Shown piece after piece: positions 18,498 to 26,668 of a stretch of 64,000 nucleotides of DNA. Position 1 is the first letter of the stretch, and every line of letters begins with the position of its first letter. The stretch is from a bacterium (lineage in GTDB: Bacteria > Fidelibacterota > Fidelibacteria > Fidelibacterales > Fidelibacteraceae): assembly GCA_963676395.1 (NCBI GenBank), contig OY781066.1, positions 1,248,001 to 1,312,000 on the forward strand. The letters run 5' to 3'. Both the position numbers and the translations under genes were made by a program. The notes beneath the pieces were generated by a model. The model had not been told where the DNA came from. It was given only the letters and a program-made list of their open reading frames with translations, and ran no database searches.

Positions 18498-19301
18498 GTG
18501 GAATATTTAAAGATCATCATTCTTGCAATTGTACAGGGACTTACCGAATTTTTGCCGGTATCATCTTCGGGGCATCTGGCTATCGCCGAATATCTTTTAG
18601 GCATTGAGTCACCGGGTGTTACCTTGGAAGTGTTTTTACATTTTGGTACGTTTTTGTCTGTTCTTGTGATATTTTGGAAAGATATTGCAAAGATCATTAT
18701 TGCTTTTATTGCAAATTTTTGGAAAGTCTGGAAGTACCCGACTGTGATGAAAGAAAACGAAGACTTTGCCATGGGTATTTATATTATTCTTTCGATGATC
18801 CCTGCCGGTATAGTTGGATTTCTTTTCGAAGATCAGATTGCAGGGTTTTTTGATAATATTGTGATGGTTGGCATTGCACTGATTGTTACCGGGACGGTGT
18901 TGTTTCTTACTCAATGGGCTCAAAAGCAGGAAAAACCATTAAAGGGCTGGAAGGCTGTATTAATGGGTGTTTCACAAGCGATCGCTATTATACCGGGTAT
19001 TTCAAGATCAGGTTCAACCGTGTCGACGGGAATGTTCTTGGGGATGAATAGGGAAAAGGTTGCCAAATTTTCTTTTTTAATGGCGCTTCCCTTGATTTTT
19101 GGCGCTACGCTTATGAAAGCTAAAGAGGCTCTTGGTACTGAAGGTTTTGCCTGGGCCGGAATAATTATTGGTACTTTTACTGCATTCTTGTTTGGCTATT
19201 TTGCCGTGAAATGGTTGCTAAAAGCAATTATTAAAGGCAAGTTATATATGTTTGGCTTTTATTGTTTAGCCTTAGGGTTTCTTGCTATTATTTTTGGATA
19301 A
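18498..19301 (+). CDS. uppP: Undecaprenyl-diphosphate phosphatase (BacA)
   Basis: QGLTEFLPVSSSGHL and PGISRSGST motifs. Confidence 0.96.
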   Translation: MEYLKIIILAIVQGLTEFLPVSSSGHLAIAEYLLGIESPGVTLEVFLHFGTFLSVLVIFWKDIAKIIIAFIANFWKVWKYPTVMKENEDFAMGIYIILSMIPAGIVGFLFEDQIAGFFDNIVMVGIALIVTGTVLFLTQWAQKQEKPLKGWKAVLMGVSQAIAIIPGISRSGSTVSTGMFLGMNREKVAKFSFLMALPLIFGATLMKAKEALGTEGFAWAGIIIGTFTAFLFGYFAVKWLLKAIIKGKLYMFGFYCLALGFLAIIFG

Positions 19302-19303
19302 TT

Positions 19304-20299
19304 ATGAGTTGGTTGACTGATCATGAACAAGCGGTTCGCAGAATTAAGAGTGGAAATTTAAGTCCACTGTATTTTCTGTACGGTAATGATTATTACCTTC
19401 GCGACTCTGCGCTTCAAGCCATTCGCGAAGCGATGAGCGCAAAAGGGATTGTTTATGAATATTCTTTTTATAATGCTGCTGAATTAGATGCAGGCGAATT
19501 GCAGAATCTATTGTTTGGAACATCTTTATTTCAGTCTACGAAATGCTCACTGATATCTAATGTTAAAGCATTATTGCCCTCGGCCAGGAAGATACTGAAT
19601 AATTATCTTAAAAATTTCGATCAGGGTAATGTTCTGGTGTTGTCCGCCGATGAGTATGAAGGAAGAAATGCTTTTTATAAGCGTATCCAAGAATCGGCAA
19701 CAACTTTAATGTGCAATTCACCTTTTGAAAATGAGGTTCCGGCTTGGATAAGACAATATGTTACAAAGCTGGATAGAACGATAGATCCACAAGCCGTTAA
19801 TGAACTTCTGCGATATGTGGGGGCGGATCTTGGTAAGCTGAGTAATGAGCTTGATAAGGTTCATATTTATTTACCAGAGGACAAAGTCATTGAACGGGAA
19901 GATATTCGCAAAGTTAGTGGTTTTTCAAAAACGTATTCTATGGATCAATTGCTTGATGCCTTGGGTAAGAAAAATAAGCGAGCGGCTATAGGGATATCTA
20001 AAAATTTATTGGAAAACGGTGCTTCTGAAGTATATCTTTTGATCGCTATCTATCAATTTCTTTGGAAACTTACTATGCTAAAAGATCCTCGATTGGTAAA
20101 TGACTCTGAGTTGGGAAAAAAAGTTCGGATATATCGTCCACGACAACTTGATGAACTGAAAGCCGTCGCTGTACGATATACTCTTGCTCAATTGAGAAGC
20201 GGAATTTCGGCTTTAGTAGCGGCAGACCGCCGGGTTAAAACCTCATCTTGCGATTCACTTTCAAACCTAATGATCACCCTTGAAGGAATACTTGCCTGA
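19304..20299 (+). CDS. holA: DNA polymerase III delta subunit
   Basis: PLYFLYGNDYYL, SLF, VGADLGKLSNELDK, and C-terminal ADRRVKTS. Confidence 0.85.
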   Translation: MSWLTDHEQAVRRIKSGNLSPLYFLYGNDYYLRDSALQAIREAMSAKGIVYEYSFYNAAELDAGELQNLLFGTSLFQSTKCSLISNVKALLPSARKILNNYLKNFDQGNVLVLSADEYEGRNAFYKRIQESATTLMCNSPFENEVPAWIRQYVTKLDRTIDPQAVNELLRYVGADLGKLSNELDKVHIYLPEDKVIEREDIRKVSGFSKTYSMDQLLDALGKKNKRAAIGISKNLLENGASEVYLLIAIYQFLWKLTMLKDPRLVNDSELGKKVRIYRPRQLDELKAVAVRYTLAQLRSGISALVAADRRVKTSSCDSLSNLMITLEGILA

Positions 20300-20300
20300 T

Positions 20301-20882
20301 ATGGAAAAAGAAAAACTTAAATATACTGATGAAGAACTGGTTAAGCGATTTCAACAAGGCGATCAACGCGCTTACATTGAGTTGGTTAAACGCTATAAAG
20401 ATCGTTTGTTGAACTTTGTTTTTCGTTATTTAAATTCTTATGAACAATCTGAAGATGTTGTTCAGGATACCTTAATGAAGCTGTACACATCGGCGCATAT
20501 GTATCGTGAAATAGCAAAATTTTCTACCTGGATATTTACTATTGCCGCCAATTTGGCGAAATCCGAATTGCGACGACAAAAAAGAAGGCGTGTCATATCT
20601 ATCCATAGCATGGGCTTTGACGATAAAGAATATGAGATTCCTTCGGAAGATTATAGTCCGGAGAAAGAAACAACATCAAATTATGGAGAAAAACAGATCC
20701 AACAGGCTATTGATACTTTACCGGATCAGTTTAAAACAGTGATAATCTTACGAGAGGTTCAACAACTATCATATGAAGAGATCTCCCAAATATTGGGTAT
20801 TTCAATAGGGACGGTAAAAAGTAGGATTAATAGAGGTCGATTAAGATTGCAAAAAATGTTAAAAGAATTAAAGGAACAATAA
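20301..20882 (+). CDS. ECF RNA polymerase sigma factor (RpoE/SigW-like)
   Basis: EDVVQDT, FSTWIFTIAAN, LSYEEIS, GTVKSRINRGR. Confidence 0.93.
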   Translation: MEKEKLKYTDEELVKRFQQGDQRAYIELVKRYKDRLLNFVFRYLNSYEQSEDVVQDTLMKLYTSAHMYREIAKFSTWIFTIAANLAKSELRRQKRRRVISIHSMGFDDKEYEIPSEDYSPEKETTSNYGEKQIQQAIDTLPDQFKTVIILREVQQLSYEEISQILGISIGTVKSRINRGRLRLQKMLKELKEQ

Positions 20883-20889
20883 TTTTTTC

Positions 20890-20918
20890 GGAACATTTCA
20901 GTCATTGATTGTTTTATA
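20890..20918 (+). promoter_or_regulatory. Possible ECF-sigma promoter before the anti-sigma gene
   Basis: GGAACATTT...GTTTTATA spacing resembles ECF -35/-10 elements. Confidence 0.35.
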
Positions 20919-20958
20919 AGTGGCGTTAAGAAAAAAATGACGGAGGTATTGCGTATAG

Positions 20959-21501
20959 ATGGATTGTTATAGTTTTGATAAGATCATGTCTGATTATATC
21001 GATGCTAGTCTGAGCGTAAAACAGAGACAGGAAGCGGATCAACATTTAAGCGTATGTAGTCGCTGCTCAGCTAAGCTTGTTGATATGAAAAGTATACTCA
21101 CAGGATTGAGGGCACTTCCTCAAGCAAAGACAAGCAACGATTTCGAGTCCAAGCTTATGGATCGGATTGCCAATGAAAAAGAGCCGGGAGAAAGTCGTTT
21201 TATCCGCGTTTTTCAGGATTATTCACGACCGATTTCTGTGGTAGCTGCTGTTTTTCTCTTGGTGGCGACATCGATCTTTGTTTACACATCGGTTGTTATC
21301 CCCAATGCAAATGGTTCTTTGCCGACAGCGGAGATAAGATCAACCGCACCTGTAAATACCATGCAGGCACCCATGAATGTTGCAGCTTCAGCTCAGTCGG
21401 CGATGGCAAAGACAAAGTCTGAATCTGTGGTTCCGGATTCCAATAAAACGGAGCTTCCCAATTATAATCAGCAGATTATGATGGTAAATGAGAATAAATA
21501 A
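20959..21501 (+). CDS. Zinc-binding (zf-HC2/ZAS) membrane anti-sigma factor
   Basis: HLSVCSRC (HxxxCxxC), one TM helix, follows the ECF sigma gene. Confidence 0.87.
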   Translation: MDCYSFDKIMSDYIDASLSVKQRQEADQHLSVCSRCSAKLVDMKSILTGLRALPQAKTSNDFESKLMDRIANEKEPGESRFIRVFQDYSRPISVVAAVFLLVATSIFVYTSVVIPNANGSLPTAEIRSTAPVNTMQAPMNVAASAQSAMAKTKSESVVPDSNKTELPNYNQQIMMVNENK

Positions 21502-21561
21502 TTTGCAATTGAGGAATTTATCCTTATATTTGCCCGCAATTAAAAGAGCGGAGGAACAAAA

Positions 21562-21753
21562 ATGGCAAGACCACAATCATTCGGAGCTAAGATAGCTAAC
21601 CGTGAAAAGGAAGGTAATACCTGTCCCACATGCGGAGAACAGATTTCATATGTTAAGCATTATGCAAGCGTAAAAACTGCTGCTGACGGTACTAAATTTA
21701 AACAAAAAGTTGTTGGTATCTGCGGTTGCAATAAAAAAGAATATATGGGCTAG
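21562..21753 (+). CDS. Small basic Zn-ribbon protein, possibly related to DUF4295 / ribosomal protein bL38
   Basis: GGAGG SD, own terminator, CPTC...CGC, Lys-rich. Confidence 0.7.
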   Translation: MARPQSFGAKIANREKEGNTCPTCGEQISYVKHYASVKTAADGTKFKQKVVGICGCNKKEYMG

Positions 21754-21775
21754 AGCTAAGCTTTTATAAAGATTG

Positions 21776-21800
21776 AACCCCGGCTGTCCGGGGTTTTTTT
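21776..21800 (+). terminator. Intrinsic terminator
   Basis: AACCCCGG-CTGT-CCGGGGTT followed by a T tract. Confidence 0.9.
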
Positions 21801-21981
21801 ATGCGATCAATTTTTAAGTAGAACCTACGTTGTACTTTGTATATCTGTTAATCAGCGATTACACATAAGGCACTTTTCACTTTTACAAGCATTTGTCTTT
21901 CACTATATTAATTAGTCTTTAAAGTATTTTAAATTTACAAGCGGGTATAAAAAGTACCAAAAATTGCAGAAGGAGATAGCG

Positions 21982-22926
21982 ATGAAAAAAATTGTTTTAA
22001 TATTATTATCTTTAATTTTGACAGCTTTGTTGCTTAGTGGTTGTTTTTTGTTTCCAGATGGTGGCAAACGTATAGATGGTATGGTTTTTCTTGAAGGTGG
22101 CGTTTTTACCATGGGAGATGTATGGGATGGTGGAGATACCTTAAGAGTAACGGTATCTTCATTCTATATTGGTGAAAAAGAAGTTCAGATCCATGAAATA
22201 TTGGATTGGCTTAAAGATGAAAATGTCCCGGCAAATGGTGAGATTGACGGCGTTGAAGTTGTAGATTTTGGTAATAATTCATGCTATAATTTTGATGGAA
22301 CAATTTATACTTTTAACTCAAACGATTATTTTAAATCTGAAATGGCCGCAGCAGGAGAGATTTCTTGGGTGGGCGCTTGCTATTTTTGTAATTGGAAATC
22401 AAAACAGGACGGTCGTGATACGGTCTATACTATTAACGGGTCAACAGTAACGGCTGATTTTTTAAAAAACGGTTATCGATTACCCACAGAAGCTGAATGG
22501 GAATATGCGGCAAGAGCCGGAGGCTCAAAAGATAATAAATATGCAGGAACCAATGATGTTGCAGAGCTAATAAATTATGCTTGGTATGATCCAAACTCGG
22601 AAGACTTGGGTACTCAACACGCAAATTATGGTGTTCATGTTCCGGGTGAGAAACTTGATAATGGTGTTGGTATATATGATATGTCAGGTAATTTATTTGA
22701 ATATGTTTGGGATTGGTATGCACGCTTTCCCGCAAGTACACAGCTGAACTATACCGGTCCGATAACAAAACCTCTATTGGCGTTCAAGGTTATAAAGGGA
22801 GGTGGCTGGTGTTATAGTAGTGGATCTCAAACGGTATATTATCGCGGTAATTTAACTGTTTCAACCTTATCCGGGGCCATTATTGGATTCCGCTTAGCAT
22901 GTTCTGCGTGGGATATTGACAACTAA
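21982..22926 (+). CDS. FGE-sulfatase (SUMF1/C-type lectin fold) domain lipoprotein
   Basis: LSG-C lipobox; GYRLPTEAEWEYAAR, YDMSGN, GGGW, IGFRL. Confidence 0.9.
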   Translation: MKKIVLILLSLILTALLLSGCFLFPDGGKRIDGMVFLEGGVFTMGDVWDGGDTLRVTVSSFYIGEKEVQIHEILDWLKDENVPANGEIDGVEVVDFGNNSCYNFDGTIYTFNSNDYFKSEMAAAGEISWVGACYFCNWKSKQDGRDTVYTINGSTVTADFLKNGYRLPTEAEWEYAARAGGSKDNKYAGTNDVAELINYAWYDPNSEDLGTQHANYGVHVPGEKLDNGVGIYDMSGNLFEYVWDWYARFPASTQLNYTGPITKPLLAFKVIKGGGWCYSSGSQTVYYRGNLTVSTLSGAIIGFRLACSAWDIDN

Positions 22927-22963
22927 GGATTTTTAGACAATAATTGGTTTTTAATTAAAATAT

Positions 22964-22988
22964 AGCCTCGAGAGATCGAGGCTTTTTA
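22964..22988 (+). terminator. Intrinsic terminator
   Basis: AGCCTCGA-GAGA-TCGAGGCT followed by Ts. Confidence 0.85.
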
Positions 22989-23146
22989 TATACAAAAAAG
23001 AAAAGTAAAAAATATTATTTAGATGAATATTGTTTAATAAACACATTGATTTGTCCCTTGTTTGTTTCAATGTTGAATATTGAACAAGGACTTCCGATTT
23101 CCGATTACTACTTTTTTTCGACTGTATTATTCCTTATTATTACAAG

Positions 23147-24727
23147 ATGTACAAAAGATCAAAATATTTTACTGTTATTGTTGTTGTTTTTCTGCTTTCT
23201 TGCACTCAGCAGGAGCTTATAGATGATACTCCAAAGAAAAAAGAGATTGAAAAATATCCTACTAAAAGTATTACCCATTTTATGTACGGTGAGATATATC
23301 GAAGTAGTGGAAATTACACTTACGCAAATTTAGAATATAAACGAGCTTTAGAGTATGATACTACCGTGACAATTTTAAATGCCATTGGTGAATCATACAT
23401 TGCATTGGGAAAACCTAATCAAGCTTCGGATTATTTTGAAAAAGCTCTGGGATTGGATCCCAATGACGAAATTGCGGGTTTGAATGTGATAGATCTTTAT
23501 ATGAAGAATCAAAGATACGAAGAAGTGATTCCTCTTTTAGAGGCAAAATTGAAAATTGACCCCGATATTCCAGAATATATGCAGTGGTTGGCTGAAGCTT
23601 ATCGTGGCGTTAAGGATTATGCTTCGTCGATTAGCATTCTTGATAAAATGATAATAATTACTAAGGATTATCCTTGGCCTTATATCTTTGCCGCGGAAGT
23701 CAAGTTGGAAGAAAATAAAATTGCCGAAGCGGCTCCATATTTGGAAAAAGTCGCTCGAAGAGTACCGCAAAACGAAGAACTTTATGAGTTTTGGATAAGG
23801 TCACTCTTTGAAAGTAATAATATTGAGGGAATGCTTTCGGCTTTGGAGTTCTGGCTTGATAAAAAACCTGAAACACTTTCGCCATATTTTTTATATATAG
23901 ATTATCAGCTACGTTTTGAAAAATATGATGAAGCGAATCGAGTATTGGACCATATTAAAGGTCGTTGGCAAGAAGATAGTAGAATTAGCTATTTTCAGGG
24001 GCTATCAAAAATGGTTGAAGATGATGCTGATAGCGTTTGGTTTTATTTTGAGCGTGCACATAAAGCTAAAGATACCACGATGGATCTGTATTTGAATTAT
24101 GGAATATGGTTCTGGGAAAAAGAATATTTTGATAATGCAGATTTGATATGTGATCTTGCGATTGATAAATTTGGCCCCAGCACTCAATGGCTGCATATGA
24201 AAGCCATGATAAATGCGCAACGGGGAAGATATGAAGTAGCCGAATATTTATTAGAGATGGCATTGTCTGCAGATACACTAAATGTTAATATTATGGAAGA
24301 TCTTGCGAATGTTTACGTCGACCTTAACAAAGGTGATCAGAGCGTACATTTGTATGAAAAGGTTTTGGCGGCTTTGCCTGAGAACCGCAGCATTTTAAAT
24401 AATTATGCTTTTGTGTTATCTCGTTTGGATAGAGATCTGGATAAGGCCATGAAAATGGTTAATCAAGCATTGAAAAAAGAAAAAAGTGCCGCATTCTGTG
24501 ATACGAAAGCATGGATATTATATCGGCAGAAAAAATATAAACGAGCGTTGATCTGGATTGAAAAAGCGCTGAAATACCAAGATATAGGTGCGGATTTATT
24601 TTATCATAAAGGTGAAATATTAAAAGCGATGGGCATGATGGATGATGCAAAAGAAGCATATAATAAAGCTTTGTCAATGAACCCTGATTACCCCGAAGCC
24701 ATGAATGCACTGGAGGACATAAAATAA
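23147..24727 (+). CDS. TPR-repeat lipoprotein
   Basis: LLS-C lipobox; many TPR units; LNNYAFVL...DTKAWILY C-terminal TPRs. Confidence 0.85.
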   Translation: MYKRSKYFTVIVVVFLLSCTQQELIDDTPKKKEIEKYPTKSITHFMYGEIYRSSGNYTYANLEYKRALEYDTTVTILNAIGESYIALGKPNQASDYFEKALGLDPNDEIAGLNVIDLYMKNQRYEEVIPLLEAKLKIDPDIPEYMQWLAEAYRGVKDYASSISILDKMIIITKDYPWPYIFAAEVKLEENKIAEAAPYLEKVARRVPQNEELYEFWIRSLFESNNIEGMLSALEFWLDKKPETLSPYFLYIDYQLRFEKYDEANRVLDHIKGRWQEDSRISYFQGLSKMVEDDADSVWFYFERAHKAKDTTMDLYLNYGIWFWEKEYFDNADLICDLAIDKFGPSTQWLHMKAMINAQRGRYEVAEYLLEMALSADTLNVNIMEDLANVYVDLNKGDQSVHLYEKVLAALPENRSILNNYAFVLSRLDRDLDKAMKMVNQALKKEKSAAFCDTKAWILYRQKKYKRALIWIEKALKYQDIGADLFYHKGEILKAMGMMDDAKEAYNKALSMNPDYPEAMNALEDIK

Positions 24728-25629
24728 TGGATGTGTCAATTGTAGTTCCTGCATATAATGAAGAAGGGACGATAAAAGAACTAGCAAAACAGATACTTGC
24801 TGTTTGCAAGAAAGAAGACCTGAGTTGTGAGATTCTGTTTATTAATGATGGTTCAACAGATGCAACAACACAATACTGTGATGAACTTTCTGAAAAGTAT
24901 GAAAATATTTCACATATTCATTTTCATCGCAATAAAGGAAAAGCAGCTGGGTTGCAAGCCGGTTTCGATGCGGCCGAAGGTGATTTTGTTATTACAATGG
25001 ATGCGGACCTTCAAGATGACCCCAAGGAGATCCCCGGATTGGTTGCTAAATTAAAAGAGGGTTGGGATATTGTTTCCGGTTGGAAGAAAAAGCGGCACGA
25101 TCCTATCACAAAACGCTGGCCGTCAAAATTGTTTAATTGGGCGGCACGAGTAATGTCCGGGATTAAAATCCACGATTTTAATTGTGGTTTAAAAGCTTAT
25201 CGCAAAGAGGTTGTTAAATCTGTTAAAATTTATGGTGAAATGCACCGTTGGATTCCCGTTTTAGCAAAAGTTGAAGGTTTTAAAACCACGGAAATGGTTG
25301 TAACTCATCATCCACGCACATCCGGTGTAAGTAAATATGGTTTCGAACGAACTTTCAAAGGTTTCTTTGATTTTGTGACTATTTTCTTTTTATCTCGTTT
25401 TACAATGCGTCCGATGCACTTTTTTGGTTTTTTCGGCTTGTTGTCGGCGACAGCAGGTGTTGTTGTTGAGATACTTGTGCTAATTTATAAATACGCTTAT
25501 GGACATTCTTTTCAATCGCATTTAGCCATGTTGATATTGGGTGTTTTGCTTATTGTTTTGGGTGTACAGCTTTTTTCGATCGGTTTGATCGGTGAAATGA
25601 TCGTTTATCAATCAAAAAAGAAAAGGTAA
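24727..25629 (+). CDS. GT2 glycosyltransferase, polyprenol-phosphate sugar synthase (ArnC/DPM1-like)
   Basis: VVPAYNEE, DGSTD, MDADLQD, HDFNCGLKAYR, two C-terminal TMs. Confidence 0.92.
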   Translation: MDVSIVVPAYNEEGTIKELAKQILAVCKKEDLSCEILFINDGSTDATTQYCDELSEKYENISHIHFHRNKGKAAGLQAGFDAAEGDFVITMDADLQDDPKEIPGLVAKLKEGWDIVSGWKKKRHDPITKRWPSKLFNWAARVMSGIKIHDFNCGLKAYRKEVVKSVKIYGEMHRWIPVLAKVEGFKTTEMVVTHHPRTSGVSKYGFERTFKGFFDFVTIFFLSRFTMRPMHFFGFFGLLSATAGVVVEILVLIYKYAYGHSFQSHLAMLILGVLLIVLGVQLFSIGLIGEMIVYQSKKKR

Positions 25630-25631
25630 CA

Positions 25632-26657
25632 ATGTCTCGGTTTCCTTATAGATTTTCAGTTATTGTTCCAACATATAATCGTCTGGATGAGATTAGTGAG
25701 TTGTTGGGTTCTTTGGAAAAGCAATTGTTACCCAAAGAAAAATTTGAAGTGATCATTGTAGATGATGGCTCTACTGACGCTACCGAAGAATATATTCTTG
25801 AAATGATCAAGAAAGAATCATTGAACCTTTCCTTTTACAAGCAAGACCACAAAGGGCCCGGTCCTGCACGAAATACAGGCATGGAAAAAGCCCGAGGCGA
25901 GTATTATGTTTTTGTCGACAGCGATTGTATTGCTCATGAAAATTGGTTAAAAGCTTATGATGATACCCTTGTAAAACCTGTGGCCGGATTTGGTGGTCCC
26001 GATAAAACAAGATCAGATTTTTCACCCTTACAAAAAGCTATTGATTATTCTATGACATCATTTTTGACAACCGGAGGTATACGGGGTTCGTCTAAGAAAA
26101 AGATATCAAAATATTATCCGCGATCATTTAATATGGGCGTTCATGCGGATGTGGTTGCAAAAATCGGTGGATTTGGCACTCTTCGTCACGGTCAGGATAT
26201 TGAGTTTACTCATAGGATCCGTTCACAGGGTGAAACCATCAAAGTATTAGATGCTATTGTATACCATAAACGTCGAACCTCGCTATGGCGCTTTTTTAAG
26301 CAGGTATACAATTGGGGTGTTGCACGTATAAATTTATATAAGATCGATAAAGGAATGTTGGAATTTATACATTTTTTTCCCTTTCTTGCAACCTCTGCCA
26401 TTATTGCTTTTTTGATCTGTCTGGCAATTTGGCCGGCAATTCTTTGGCCGGTGCTTGCAACAGGAGTCGGGGCTTTGCTTCTTATGGCGATACATGGGAT
26501 ATTTAAATTCAAAGATATTCGAGTGTTCATTTTTATTCCTTTTGTTGTACCAATTCAGATCCTTGGTTATGGGCTGGGTTTCGGTGCAGCATTTATTCGT
26601 CGAATTGTATTTGGCGGTGGACAAAAAACAGGATTTGTTAAAAACTATTATAAGTAA
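25632..26657 (+). CDS. GT2 glycosyltransferase with C-terminal membrane segments
   Basis: IVPTYNR, DDGS, GPGPARN, VDSDC, PRSFNMG. Confidence 0.9.
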   Translation: MSRFPYRFSVIVPTYNRLDEISELLGSLEKQLLPKEKFEVIIVDDGSTDATEEYILEMIKKESLNLSFYKQDHKGPGPARNTGMEKARGEYYVFVDSDCIAHENWLKAYDDTLVKPVAGFGGPDKTRSDFSPLQKAIDYSMTSFLTTGGIRGSSKKKISKYYPRSFNMGVHADVVAKIGGFGTLRHGQDIEFTHRIRSQGETIKVLDAIVYHKRRTSLWRFFKQVYNWGVARINLYKIDKGMLEFIHFFPFLATSAIIAFLICLAIWPAILWPVLATGVGALLLMAIHGIFKFKDIRVFIFIPFVVPIQILGYGLGFGAAFIRRIVFGGGQKTGFVKNYYK

Positions 26658-26668
26658 TTGGAGTCAAA

